From Octopus bimaculoides (lineage: Eukaryota): DNA of 64,000 nt. The notes below the pieces were generated by a model. It searched no databases. It worked only from the letters and a program-made list of their open reading frames with translations, and had not been told where the DNA came from. The translations under genes were made by a program, and so were the position numbers. How positions within the stretch are numbered: position 1 is the first letter of the stretch; each line of letters starts with the position of its first letter. Shown in pieces: positions 1 through 11,064 of the stretch. Location: contig NC_068986.1 of NCBI RefSeq assembly GCF_001194135.2, positions 91,106,813-91,170,812 of the forward strand. Direction: 5' to 3'.

Positions 1-1032
1 TTCCTGTCCCTTACTCCTTTTATACTTAATTATATTATAGCCTAATCAGTTGACCACTAGCAGTTTTAAATAACTTCAAGAAGACAGAATTTTGCATCCA
101 CAACATCCACACATATATTGGAATGAAAGATGTAGTCTTTCATTCTATGGCAGATTAGATTTGTGACCAAACACATTTAAACAATATTATATCCCAAATT
201 AAAGGTAATATATACATACCTCCTTTATAGGATATCTTCGAGATTTTTCTATTCTGTTTTATCTTCAAAGATATTGCCCGCTTAGATCTAATTAATTTAA
301 ATAATTTTTCATTTCTTATTGAGTACTTTAAATGAGAAATAGCTCATTTTTAGATGAATTTATATATGTACAGTGAAGTACATATATATATCTATTATCC
401 ACTTATATACACACATTCGCTTAAATGTATAGATACATCCATACTTACATACCTACATATATGCAAACCTTTATATGTTTGTATGTAAGGTATACACACA
501 CACACACATACACACACACATGCACATAATAGTTTTATCTCCCATTCCTTGTTAATTCTATTTCTAACTTTTGTCTGATTTCTTTCTTTATTGCTTACAT
601 ATTTTAATTTTACTGCTTTGTGTTTATTTTTTTATATATATTTCAATATAAGCTTGCTTTTTTTTAGCATGCTGAACTGCTTGCTTTTTAATTAAGTGCA
701 TACTAATTCCGTTTAATTAATTAAGTTTATCACATTGATTTCTTGAGCAGTTTAATTAAATTGACTTTCCCTCTTTCTTTTAAATCTATTCTCATGCATT
801 CTTTCAAAAGATCATATAGAGAGAAGCCCTATTGAGTGAAGAAAGTGAAGTTGTTCTTAATTACAGTTATTTAAATTATTTTTCTTTTAATTGGTATTTA
901 TTTATTTCTAGAAATATCTTTAGTAATGAGTAAGTTAGTGGTTAACCTTCTTGATGTCAATCTCCCTGAGACAACCTCTGTTTCTGTGACATGTGTCTCA
1001 TCATAAAGTGTTTTTATTTAAATTAGGGAAAG

Positions 1033-1320
1033 TTCATAGCTCAGTAGTTAGATTATCAGGCTTACAATCATGAGGTTGTGAGTTCAATTCATGGACTGGG
1101 CTGTGCATTGTGTTCTTATGCAAAACACTTTATTTCACATTGCTCTGGTTCACTCGGCTATGGAAATGAGTTACAACATCAGTGGCATGGCGAGGGGAGA
1201 CTAGTATACATGGGTGACTGTTGGTCTTCCACAAACAACCTTGCTTGGACTTGAGCTTCAGAGGGGAACTTTTTAGGTGCAATCTTATGGTCATTCATGA
1301 CTGAAGGGATCCTTACTTTA
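1033..1320 (+). mobile_element. tRNA-derived SINE (degenerate)
   Basis: A-box-like TAGCTCAGTAGTTAG and B-box-like GAGTTCAATTC, then a body (cacattgctctggttcactcggct) shared with the copy near 5720-5830. Confidence 0.6.
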
Positions 1321-1632
1321 CTCTTTACCATTTAAATTAAAATTTTCCATCATAATTTTATTCTAGAACCCAGTGTTAAGTTGTACTCCAAGCACTATCA
1401 TGATAGTGGAAAGAGTTACTTTTCTTAAATTCTTCCACAATTAATTGGAACACAAAGTGTATTTCATATGAAATGTGATCACAAATAGATTAAACAGTTG
1501 GACTACACAAATCCTTGGAGTTGAAGCTTTGCTAACTGTTTTTGAGATATTTTTCTTTTCTCAAAGATATGTTGCTATAAAGTTCAAGGTCTACATAACA
1601 ATGTATTGAAAGATCTCATGTATGTGTGTGCA

Positions 1633-1683
<51 letters not shown>

Positions 1684-2490
1684 TGAGATAGAGAGAGTAA
1701 GTTTGTGTAAGTTTTCCCAATACAAAGATATGTCGTTTACCAGCAGGTCAGTCTCTGCTCAGAGATAAATAATGAAGTAATTAAAATATTGGACAACTAG
1801 ATGGTGGATTGTGATTTCTCATTTACTACAGGTATTTAATTCTGTTTAAGCAAGGACACTCAATACTTTATGCTTCAGTGTATCTATAGCTGTTGAGTAT
1901 AGGTAACAGATCTTGAGACATTTCCTGTGATACACAAAAGATAAACTTCCAGGGCTGGAAATAAGCTCTAGGGTTATGGACTCTTATAGTTTTAATTAGC
2001 TTACCCTGGCTTCTCTTTATTATCTTTAAGTTCATTTATTCTCTACCATAGAAATGTAACATAACTACAAATAGTAGTCATAACAGTAGTTTGGCCTCCT
2101 GTCAGCCTTGATCCAGCAAATCTAAGATGAAAGAAGTTCTGGGCATGACCATGTTGTCCTTTTCGAAGACAGTGTTTATAAGACTACATTCTCCAGTTTT
2201 CCATGGCAATAGTGTATGGTTTAATGGAAATAAGGTTGCTACTTCTAGACTGGTTAAGCAACTGCTTAAAAGCTTCTTTGGTTCTGTTTCTTTATCAAAT
2301 GATACCTTACTTTTACAGTCATGTAAATTGAAGTGATGAGAAATTTAAATACCAAATCCCTTACCAAAAATTAAAGACCTGTAGGGATACCATATTTCAT
2401 TAATCCAATCATAATATATTACAAAGTATATTAAACATTTTTATAAATCAATACTATGTTCTACTGTGTTAGCAGTGCCATTACGTCACT

Positions 2491-3085
2491 TGTTAAAGTT
2501 TTCTCTACAGATTTTTCTATAGAAATTATAGCCAGCACTGATTTAGTTGTGATGTTTCATATCCAAAACACCTGATGTAAACAACAATAAGATCGAAGAT
2601 GAAAAATGAGTGATGGGTGTATATGACATATTTTAGGAACTCATTACTTAAATAACACTAACTATAGCAGTGTAATATTAATTGATATACCAATTTTACA
2701 TATTAAACACATTCTTAGAAGCAAAAACTCATATAAACTTTGTAGTATATTATGGCTGCATAATGAAATAAGGTGTCCTTATAGGTCATTAATATCTATG
2801 TACCAGCTTCCAGGAATGTGTTTAATATGTAAAACTGATATATCCAATAGCATTACACTGCTATAACTAGTGGCTATTTCAGCAATGTGTTCGTGGATGA
2901 TAAATGGGTTGGATAGATGCTTATGAAGGAGCAAAAACTCCTGAAATAGGGCATACATGCCCATTACCCATTTTTCATCTTCAATCTCATTGTTGTTTAC
3001 ATCAGGTGTCTTGGATATGAAATGTTGTAACTAATCAGTGCTGGCTATAATCGCTATAGAAAAATCTGTAGAGATAACCTGAACA
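2491..3085. repeat. Inverted repeat with ~125-bp arms (2491-2617 / 2960-3085) around a ~340-bp spacer; fold-back or MITE-like
   Basis: Direct reading: the reverse complement of 2511-2617 matches 2960-3065 closely (e.g. ttgttgtttacatcaggtgtYttggatatgaaa). Confidence 0.85.
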
Positions 3086-4018
3086 AATTAGGAAAAATTA
3101 TTTGCTTCCTATCCAGAGAAGACTTGTCACGTTTTTGCTTAACACTATGAATTAGTACAATATAACACTTGTCAAGACAATGATGTAGCCTCTACATATT
3201 CGCTTATCCTGCTACAAGTAGCAGCGTAATATCCCTCAAATTACACCCTACCACATTGGATTACATAATCTCTGATATACAAAAAGATGTAATGATCACG
3301 ACTGTAACAGCTTTCATTATGTCTGCTTGATCAGATCTGAGCTGAAGGTTAAACAATGACAGAATGAAAGGCTTAGTCACACCCCTGTAACGTTCAATTT
3401 TGTTTTTGTTCATTTTGGTTTTATTTTTATTTTCACTTTACTCCTATTTGATTTGAAATGAAAATTATTTTATTTCAAGTAAAGTTAGTCAAAACTCAGC
3501 TACATTTAATACCAAACTATTTCATTACTTAGCATCAACTTGCTTTATTATTTTTTCTTTTACTTATTTTATCTGCTGGATGCTTGATGCTAATATCTTT
3601 ACAATGAAACAGCTTTTTTCTTTTTGCTTACATATTAACAGCTATTTTTTTGGTTATTTGATATTGCCAATTCAGTTTGTGATAGTTTTGTTTTTTATTT
3701 TTTTTTGTTGTTTAATTTAAAAAGAAAAGACATTACATGAAAATGAATTATTGTGAAAGATCTTAAGTATTGACAACAGGAAAGGTGATAATGGAATCCA
3801 AAATAGCTTCTGATTTTTACTGTCTTTTCATGTCTTGAGTTCAAATCCTGCTTGGATCAACTTTGCCTTTCAACTTTCTGAGGCTGATAAAATAAATACT
3901 AATTTACAAGTACCAGATTGATATAATCAATTGCATATAGCATGGCCACATACTGAGCATAGTGAAATGAATAATATACATACAGANNNNNNNNNNCATA
4001 GTGAAATGAATAATATAC

Positions 4019-4057
<39 letters not shown>

Positions 4058-4279
4058 AAACTTAGGTTTCATCCAGTATTGGCTTAGACTATGTCTAACC
4101 TAAGAGCACCTATTTTATACTTTTCTTTTACATATTTCAATCACTGAACTTCGATCATACTGGAGCATTGCTTTTGTAGGATATAGGTATTCTTATCCAT
4201 CCCATTATTTATTTTATTGAACATAGATTAAATAGGCAAAGTGGACCTAAGCAGGGTCCTAAGTGTGGGTGTATGGATT

Positions 4280-4321
<42 letters not shown>

Positions 4322-4719
4322 TCTGACTAACTTTCTGTCCCTATATGTATTTCCATTATCTTCTGTTTCATTCACTCACCCATTTATCATTCTTTCACTT
4401 TACTCTCTCCCCCGCCCCATTCATAATTTCACCAATCCATCTTTCAATTTTTTTACTCTTTTAATATTTCATTCTCTCCTTAATTTTCCTCACTCCTCAT
4501 CATTCTTATTTTACATTAATTTCTCTTGTCTACTTCAAATCCCAAATACCTTCTCACTTGCATTACATTTAAACACTTTTAATTTCAGCTGTACGTATAT
4601 GTGTGTCTCTGTGTGTTTGATGGTGTGTGTGTGTTGCTGGCACCTGTATCTGCGTATGTGTTTGACAATAATCAAATGTTAAATAATAACTATGATGACA
4701 ATAATGATGTTAATGATGA

Positions 4720-4754
<35 letters not shown>

Positions 4755-5355
4755 ATGATGATGATACTGCAAGATTGTTTTAATTTCACTATTTTCACAA
4801 CTGAGCAGATATTTGTAAGAAGAGCATCCAAATGTAGAAACCTAAAACTGTAACAGCATACAAATGTTTTGTAAAATAGATCTTTTCCATGCTGGTATGG
4901 AAATATGAATGTAAAAGCTTAAAATAATACAACTCCAATATGCAAACTCTTTTAGTTTCATATATACACACATTCATAGAAGCATACATATGTTGATATA
5001 CACATTCTTATAATAATAATTCATATATTCATATAAGTACACATTCAAGTATATATTATTCCTTTATGTTCATTTTCCATGCTGGCATGGATTGGACAGT
5101 TCAATAGAATCTAACCAATCCAATATTTCAGTTTTGACATGGTTTCTATGGCTAGATGCCCTTACTAACAACAACCATTTACTGAGTGTGCTAAGTGCAA
5201 AAATATATTCAGATAAGCATATACAATAAGCACATGCATAAAAATACCTGCACACACACACACACACATACTCTATATTCATATAGAAATACATTATTTA
5301 TGGATAGGTTTATATATTGCATACCTAGATTATTACACACACACACACACACACA

Positions 5356-5394
<39 letters not shown>

Positions 5395-5528
5395 GCAAGC
5401 ATCAAGATTAACTAATCCCAAATCTTAAAACATGTAACTGCTTTGTTTTCCTTTTTCTTTTTCTTTTTTTAAATATGTTATTCGATCTAATACATTTTTC
5501 TTGCATAATTTATCTTTGTGTTAAATAG

Positions 5529-5664
5529 AAGGAAAATGTTTGTATCCGGAAAGCTCTGTCCCTTGGAAATGACAGGCCTTCATCTGGCTTTGTGGCAGAT
5601 AAATCCTTAGGTTACGTCATCGTATCGGTGATATTTCGTCCTGTTCCATCAGTGGCTAAATCCG
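5529..5664 (+). CDS. Probable coding exon of multi-C2 (tricalbin/ESYT-like) gene; end of a C2 domain (KENVCIRKALSLGNDRPSSGFVADKSLGYVIVSVIFRPVPSVAKS)
   Basis: Acceptor ttatctttgtgttaaatAG and donor G|GTAAGT. Only one frame is open (phase 0 to 1). G-Y-V-I-V-S-V-I-F-R-P resembles the last beta-strand of a C2 domain. Joins the 7018 exon in frame. Confidence 0.75.
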
Positions 5665-6423
5665 GTAAGTTGTTCATTCTGTTTAAAAAGAATAAGAAAC
5701 CATTGTCAGTATAGGGCACATGGCCTATTGGTGAGGGTATTGCAAGACTGTGGTTTTGATTACTGGCCTGGGCCTTGCTCTTGTGTTTTACATTGCTCCA
5801 GTCCACTCAGCTGTAACTGAGTACCTTGCAATGGACTTGGTATCTTGTTCAGGGCAATGTTGTAATCTTAGTCACTTATGTGCCATGGAAAGTGAGTAAA
5901 CAGTCCAATGAGTCCTAGGACTCGAGATAAACATTTCAAAGTATCTATGTTGGTTTATGGGCTGTGTCACGTTGATTATGGTTATGCTTTTAATGTTCAG
6001 CTCCTAGGTTAGCTCTGATCTAACAGGCCTATGATAATAAAAGATGTTCCTGCCATAATTATCCAATCTTTTCCCCAGATGTAATCTAGAATTAAATTAT
6101 CTAAGGAAACCTCATTTTTAAGATGATAGGTTTTGATTTTGAAGAAAATTTCAGTCAGGTTAGCAACTACAAAGAATGTCCACTTTTGACTAAGCACTGA
6201 TTAAGCTACCTATGAGCAAACACATTCCAACTATGACCATTCAGTCTTTTTTTTCATACATTATCCAATGTACCATTTCTTTTCCGACATGGGAGTGAGT
6301 GATCTGAGAGAAATTTAGCTGTTATTTCTAACACATTGGATGGCTTTGTAGAGTCTATTTTGTCATCTTGCTTGTTTTAATGTTGTAGTTGCTGTCCTCG
6401 TGTTATTATTAATAATTAGTATA

Positions 6424-6605
6424 AGGGCAGTAAGCTGTCAGCTTACCGGACAAAATGCTTAGCAGCATTTCGTGCCTTTACATTCTGAGCTCAAATATCC
6501 TCGAGATTGGCTTTGCCTTTCATTGTTTTGGGGGTCAATGAAATAAGAACTGGGGTCAATGTAATCAACTTCCTCCTGCTGACCTTGTACCGAAATTTGA
6601 AGCCA
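6424..6605 (+). mobile_element. Copy of the dominant tRNA-derived SINE with a MetaSINE/Sauria-like core
   Basis: Head ggcagtaagctg, B-box-like ctgagctcaaat, core tttgcctttcat...ggggtcaatgaaataag. More than 20 related copies occur in the window. The family name is from recall. Confidence 0.7.
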
Positions 6606-6795
6606 TTAGTAAGCAGTCTAAGTTTGTGATTAGATCTCAGATGATAAACTTCACAAGTGAGATGATTCAAAACTGAAACTTGAGGCAGTATGGCATTCTA
6701 AAGATCTTTCCAACTAATTTATTACAATATGTGAGAAATAATGGTAAAAAAACAATGAGAATGATAAGGAATATATGCCACAGTGAAATTATCTT

Positions 6796-6837
<42 letters not shown>

Positions 6838-7017
6838 CTCTCTTTCTCATTTAGCTTTTCTGTCTGTCTGTCTCTCTCTCTGTCTCTGTCTCTCTCTCTC
6901 TCTCTTTACTAATTCAGCTTTGCTCTGTCTCTCTCTTTCTCATTTAGCTTTTCTGTCTGTCTCTCTCTCTAATTCTTCTATCTATCTATTTCTCTATCTC
7001 GCATTTTCTTTACACAG

Positions 7018-7091
7018 AAAACTACCAGCCCTTCCAAACCAATTTCTCCCAGAAGCTATATGTTGAAGACAAAGTATCTCCACAATCTGTG
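7018..7091 (+). CDS. Probable coding exon ((E)NYQPFQTNFSQKLYVEDKVSPQSV)
   Basis: Acceptor cattttctttacacAG and donor G|GTAAGT. Phase 1 to 0 is open and fits the 5529-5664 exon. Confidence 0.7.
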
Positions 7092-8639
7092 GTAAGTATC
7101 TCAAATATCTTACATTATACTATACCTAGCTAAGAGTAATTATAATGCACTCAGTAGACTACATATATCTTCTTACCAAATGTAAATATATATATATAAG
7201 ATGTGAAACCTCAAAGTGAATCAGGAGCCAAGAGTTCTATGCAGCACACTTATCTTAGAAGTTTAAGTGTCTTGCATTAAACTCTAGGCCTTTAAATCAC
7301 TAATGCAGCTTCACCGCTAATAAATAAATAAATATATATATTCTCTGCTTTATCTATTGAGTTCTATTTCTCTCATTTGTACCACCAAACCTACACACAC
7401 ACACACACACAAACACATGCACATAATCTTGTTATTTCCTTATAATAAGAATATATCAACATTATATGCAGTTGAATTTTATTGAACATGTCAATGTGGT
7501 GTTTATATTTGTATTTACTTTTGTTTCATTTTACTGGAAGGAAAGAGGCTTCAGATTTCAAACAAGTTGATCTTCAACTTTTGGCTTACAGCTAAAAATT
7601 TATCTCCGTAATCAAGGAAATAAGCAACTGTCTATCTTAAGTTGTGACCTCAAATCACAGTGCAATCTTGTCTTGCCCGCTTTTTAGGTGCTTATGTTAA
7701 TCTTGGTGCATGCCTCAATAATTAGGTACATTTCTTATAACTTATGTGACATAAAACTTTTTAAGATGTGGCAGTTAAAAAATATATGTGTTAATTACAT
7801 TGCATAGTTACTGCAGTTAAGATATGTCATGGGTTACTTCAAAACTATGGATATTTTATATGTCCCAAAATAGACCCATTTTAAAGAGGAAATGCATGGT
7901 TACTATGGGTGTGTGTATGTGCAGTCATGTTTCTATATTTAATATTCTAAGTGGTAAACAATGGTGTCGATAGTTATGAGTTTCCAATGGGCCAAATACT
8001 AATTCGCTGCATTTCTGGTGGTAAGAGCAGCAAGGGAGTGCCTGTAACTTGATGCAAAACTTAGACTGCAAGGGATTTCCCTCAAAAAGCATCAATGTTT
8101 TTCCTTGCCAAAATTTGCATCCTTTGCTATTATACATGAGAAGGAAATATATCCTCATGTACACATATACATACACATACATGTGTGTGTGTTTGTGTGT
8201 AGTTGATGAAAACTGACAGAAGCCCATCATATTGTATGTGTGTGTTTGTGTTTCTTTGTTTTTGAAGTTTTTGAAGTTTTGACCGGTTAAGTCATTGTCG
8301 GCCAACTAAGCTATATATATATATAATGAGCATCTTTCAGCTTCCATCTACCAAATCCACTCACAGGGCTCTGATTGGCCCAGAGCTATAGAAATGCTTT
8401 CTCGAGGTTCCACACAGACTGAACCCAAAACCATGTACTTACGAAACTAACTTCCTGATCATGTGGCCAGATTTTTTCACAGCATCCATAAGGTATTCTT
8501 GGAATACCTTCAGATTTTTAGTTGCAAAGGGCTAACGCTATACCATTCCTTTCAGCCTTTTCTGATAATTGCAAGAGTTTTTCTGAATTCTTGGTAAGAA
8601 ACTGATTGAGAAATCTGCTGTTATAACAATGTGATAATA

Positions 8640-8677
8640 TATTATATATGTATGTATGTGTGTGCACATACACATGC

Positions 8678-8728
<51 letters not shown>

Positions 8729-8899
8729 NNNNNNNNNNNNNNNNNNNNNNNNNNNNNNNNNNNNNNNNNNNNNNNNNNNNNNNNNNNNNNNNNNNNNNNN
8801 NNNNNNNNNNNNNNNNNNNNNNNNNNNNNNNNNNNNNNNNNNNNNNNNNNNNNNNNNNNNNNNNNNNNNNNNNNNNNNNNNNNNNNNNNNNNNNNNNNN

Positions 8900-8935
<36 letters not shown>

Positions 8936-8963
8936 TGCACACACACACACACACACACACACA
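8640..8963. repeat. (TA)n/(CA)n microsatellite with N gap; representative of dozens of CA/GA/TA/AAT/ATC/AGT tracts in the window
   Basis: Direct reading. These tracts explain most ORFs in the six-frame track (HTHTH, YIYIY, SLSLS). Confidence 0.98.
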
Positions 8964-10105
8964 TTCATTTTTGTATGCTTGTAAATATTTGTATTAAGTA
9001 TTTTGTTTTGCATTTGTAAACTTCTATGTATCTGTTTGTAGGAACGGAAGTAATGTTTGCATCCTTACATTAGTAGTGTGTGTGTCTGTCTGTGTGTCTA
9101 TGTTGTCTTTGTGAATGTGTGTGTTTGTATGTAAAGTGCACCAATATAGTTTGTGTATGCTAAGACCTGTATATACCATTATGACAAATGCAACTCAGCA
9201 ATAAATGCTGCAACAACAACAATGATCACACTGGAATTACATTGCAGCTACTGTGACAGATGCATGACAGGTTAATTACACTTAAAAGCCACTCCTTTAT
9301 AAGAAGCTTCTATTTCTGATTCTTATAATTGTGCAGAAACTACACACCAGTGTACAACCCTTGCAAATATGTGTGATCTGTCAAGTTGAGTTTTATGTCA
9401 CAGTCATAAGTTGTCTGATGTCTTTGCATTTTAAAGAAGGTGCATTGTTCCTGAGTAACAATTGTGTGGGGGTGTTGTTTAAGGAGTGGTTGTTTGAACG
9501 GATATATATGCCTGAGGTGTGTAGAAGTGTGTGTTGATGTATTAATGCACATGTGTGTGAGTGTGTGTGTGAGAGAGAGAGACAGAGAGAGAACAATAAT
9601 ATATTGGTCTGTGTATGTATGTTTGTGCAATAGAAATAATTTGTCAGTTTATTTGTAGGTCTACATCTAAGTGTAGGAAGAGAGGAGCACATGTGTGTGT
9701 GTGAAAGAACATATTTCATGGTTGTCTATGTGAAAGACAGTGAATATAATAGTTTAAGTGGATTGGGAATGTATATTGATTATCTTGTTTGTTTGTCGGA
9801 ATATATAGATTTAAATTGCTGTGTGGTAAATACATAAGGATTCACTGCTGATTAGAGAGAGAATGTCAGTTGTAGTATCTATTTGGTGCTTGTCACTGTT
9901 TAAAAAATATAACCAAATTATAAAAAACAAAATACTGTTTTATGCTAACCACTTATAAGTGGTTGATATAACTGGTTTTGTGCACATGTGTATCTATCAA
10001 TAGTCAAGTCAACATATCAATGTAAAAACAGCCTTCTATTTTTAGTGAGTTTTGAGTTACTTGATAATGTAACTAAGGGCCCTGCTTCTTTATCCATTAA
10101 CATAG

Positions 10106-10184
10106 ACAGAGAAATTGGCCCCCACCTTAGTAGTTTATGTAATAATGGATTGTTACAAAAACAGCAGTTCGGGTAAGGCTGTAG
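10106..10184 (+). CDS. Candidate coding exon (TEKLAPTLVVYVIMDCYKNSSSGKAV(G))
   Basis: Acceptor tgcttctttatccattaacatAG and strong donor AG|GTGAGT. Phase 0 to 1 bridges 7091 (phase 0) to 23827 (phase 1) in frame. A second open frame with another donor also exists. Confidence 0.5.
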
Positions 10185-10826
10185 GTGAGTATATTAGAGA
10201 TTTGATAGGGTGTATAAGTCACAATAGTCAAATATGTAGGATCCAAGCTGAGTCAAGAGTTGAAGCTCTCCTGTTTATATTGCATTATGTAACATTTTCT
10301 AGTTAGTTTCTATTATATTGTATTGCCTTGTCTTTATATATATATAAAAATTTTCAGCACTCTTGTACATGTGGGTATTCACAAACACATTTATATATTA
10401 TTATTATTGTTATTATTATATTTATATATATAATTCTTATGCATGTTAATGTTGATGTAATATCTATTGTATAACTAACAAGATTATGAAACAGCTGTAG
10501 ACAAATGGAATAAACATCTACTCTCTTTGTTTCTCTTATTTGTTCTATTAACATACATACATATGCACATACACAGATTACATACTTACATGCATATGCA
10601 CATATATAGATTACGTACATTCATTCATTCAGGTTTTCAAATGAGAGGAAAAAAGTACTCAATGCATTTAGTAGAGTTTATTCAGTCATTGAATGCTAAA
10701 GCTTCTTTCTCTTAATACTCTGAGTTTTCAGTTTCAGTTTTTCCTAATGTGCAATATATACATACATATATATGTATATATATATATATATATATTGCAC
10801 GCACACATAAAATGCATTATAGTACT

Positions 10827-10866
<40 letters not shown>

Positions 10867-11019
10867 ACATACATATGCAAATATGTTTCTGTTTTTTGTT
10901 CGTTTCACTTTGTTCTCTTTTTACTTTGTTCTTTTCTCTTATATTAGATTTTATTTTTATTATCTGTAAACAAAAAAAGAACATATAAAAAAACATATAG
11001 TCTGTCTGTTTTCCATTAG

Positions 11020-11064
11020 TCACCATCACAGATTGAACCAATTAACAGTGACAACATAGACAAG
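11020..11064 (+). CDS. Candidate 45-nt symmetric exon (SPSQIEPINSDNIDK)
   Basis: Acceptor tctgtctgttttccattAG and donor AAG|GTATTT. Open only in phase 0-0, which does not fit directly after 10184. Confidence 0.3.

Noticed and set aside
2127-2336. 69-aa ORF
   Set aside because: It starts within a decayed dispersed repeat and has no domain similarity or splice support.
3958-4025. Direct duplication catagtgaaatgaataatatacatacaga on both sides of an N run
   Set aside because: Identical sequence flanking a small gap is typical of an unmerged contig overlap.
7557-7608. Possible exon ISNKLIFNFWLTAKNLS
   Set aside because: Purine-rich acceptor, weak donor, and its phase 2 end fits no downstream exon.
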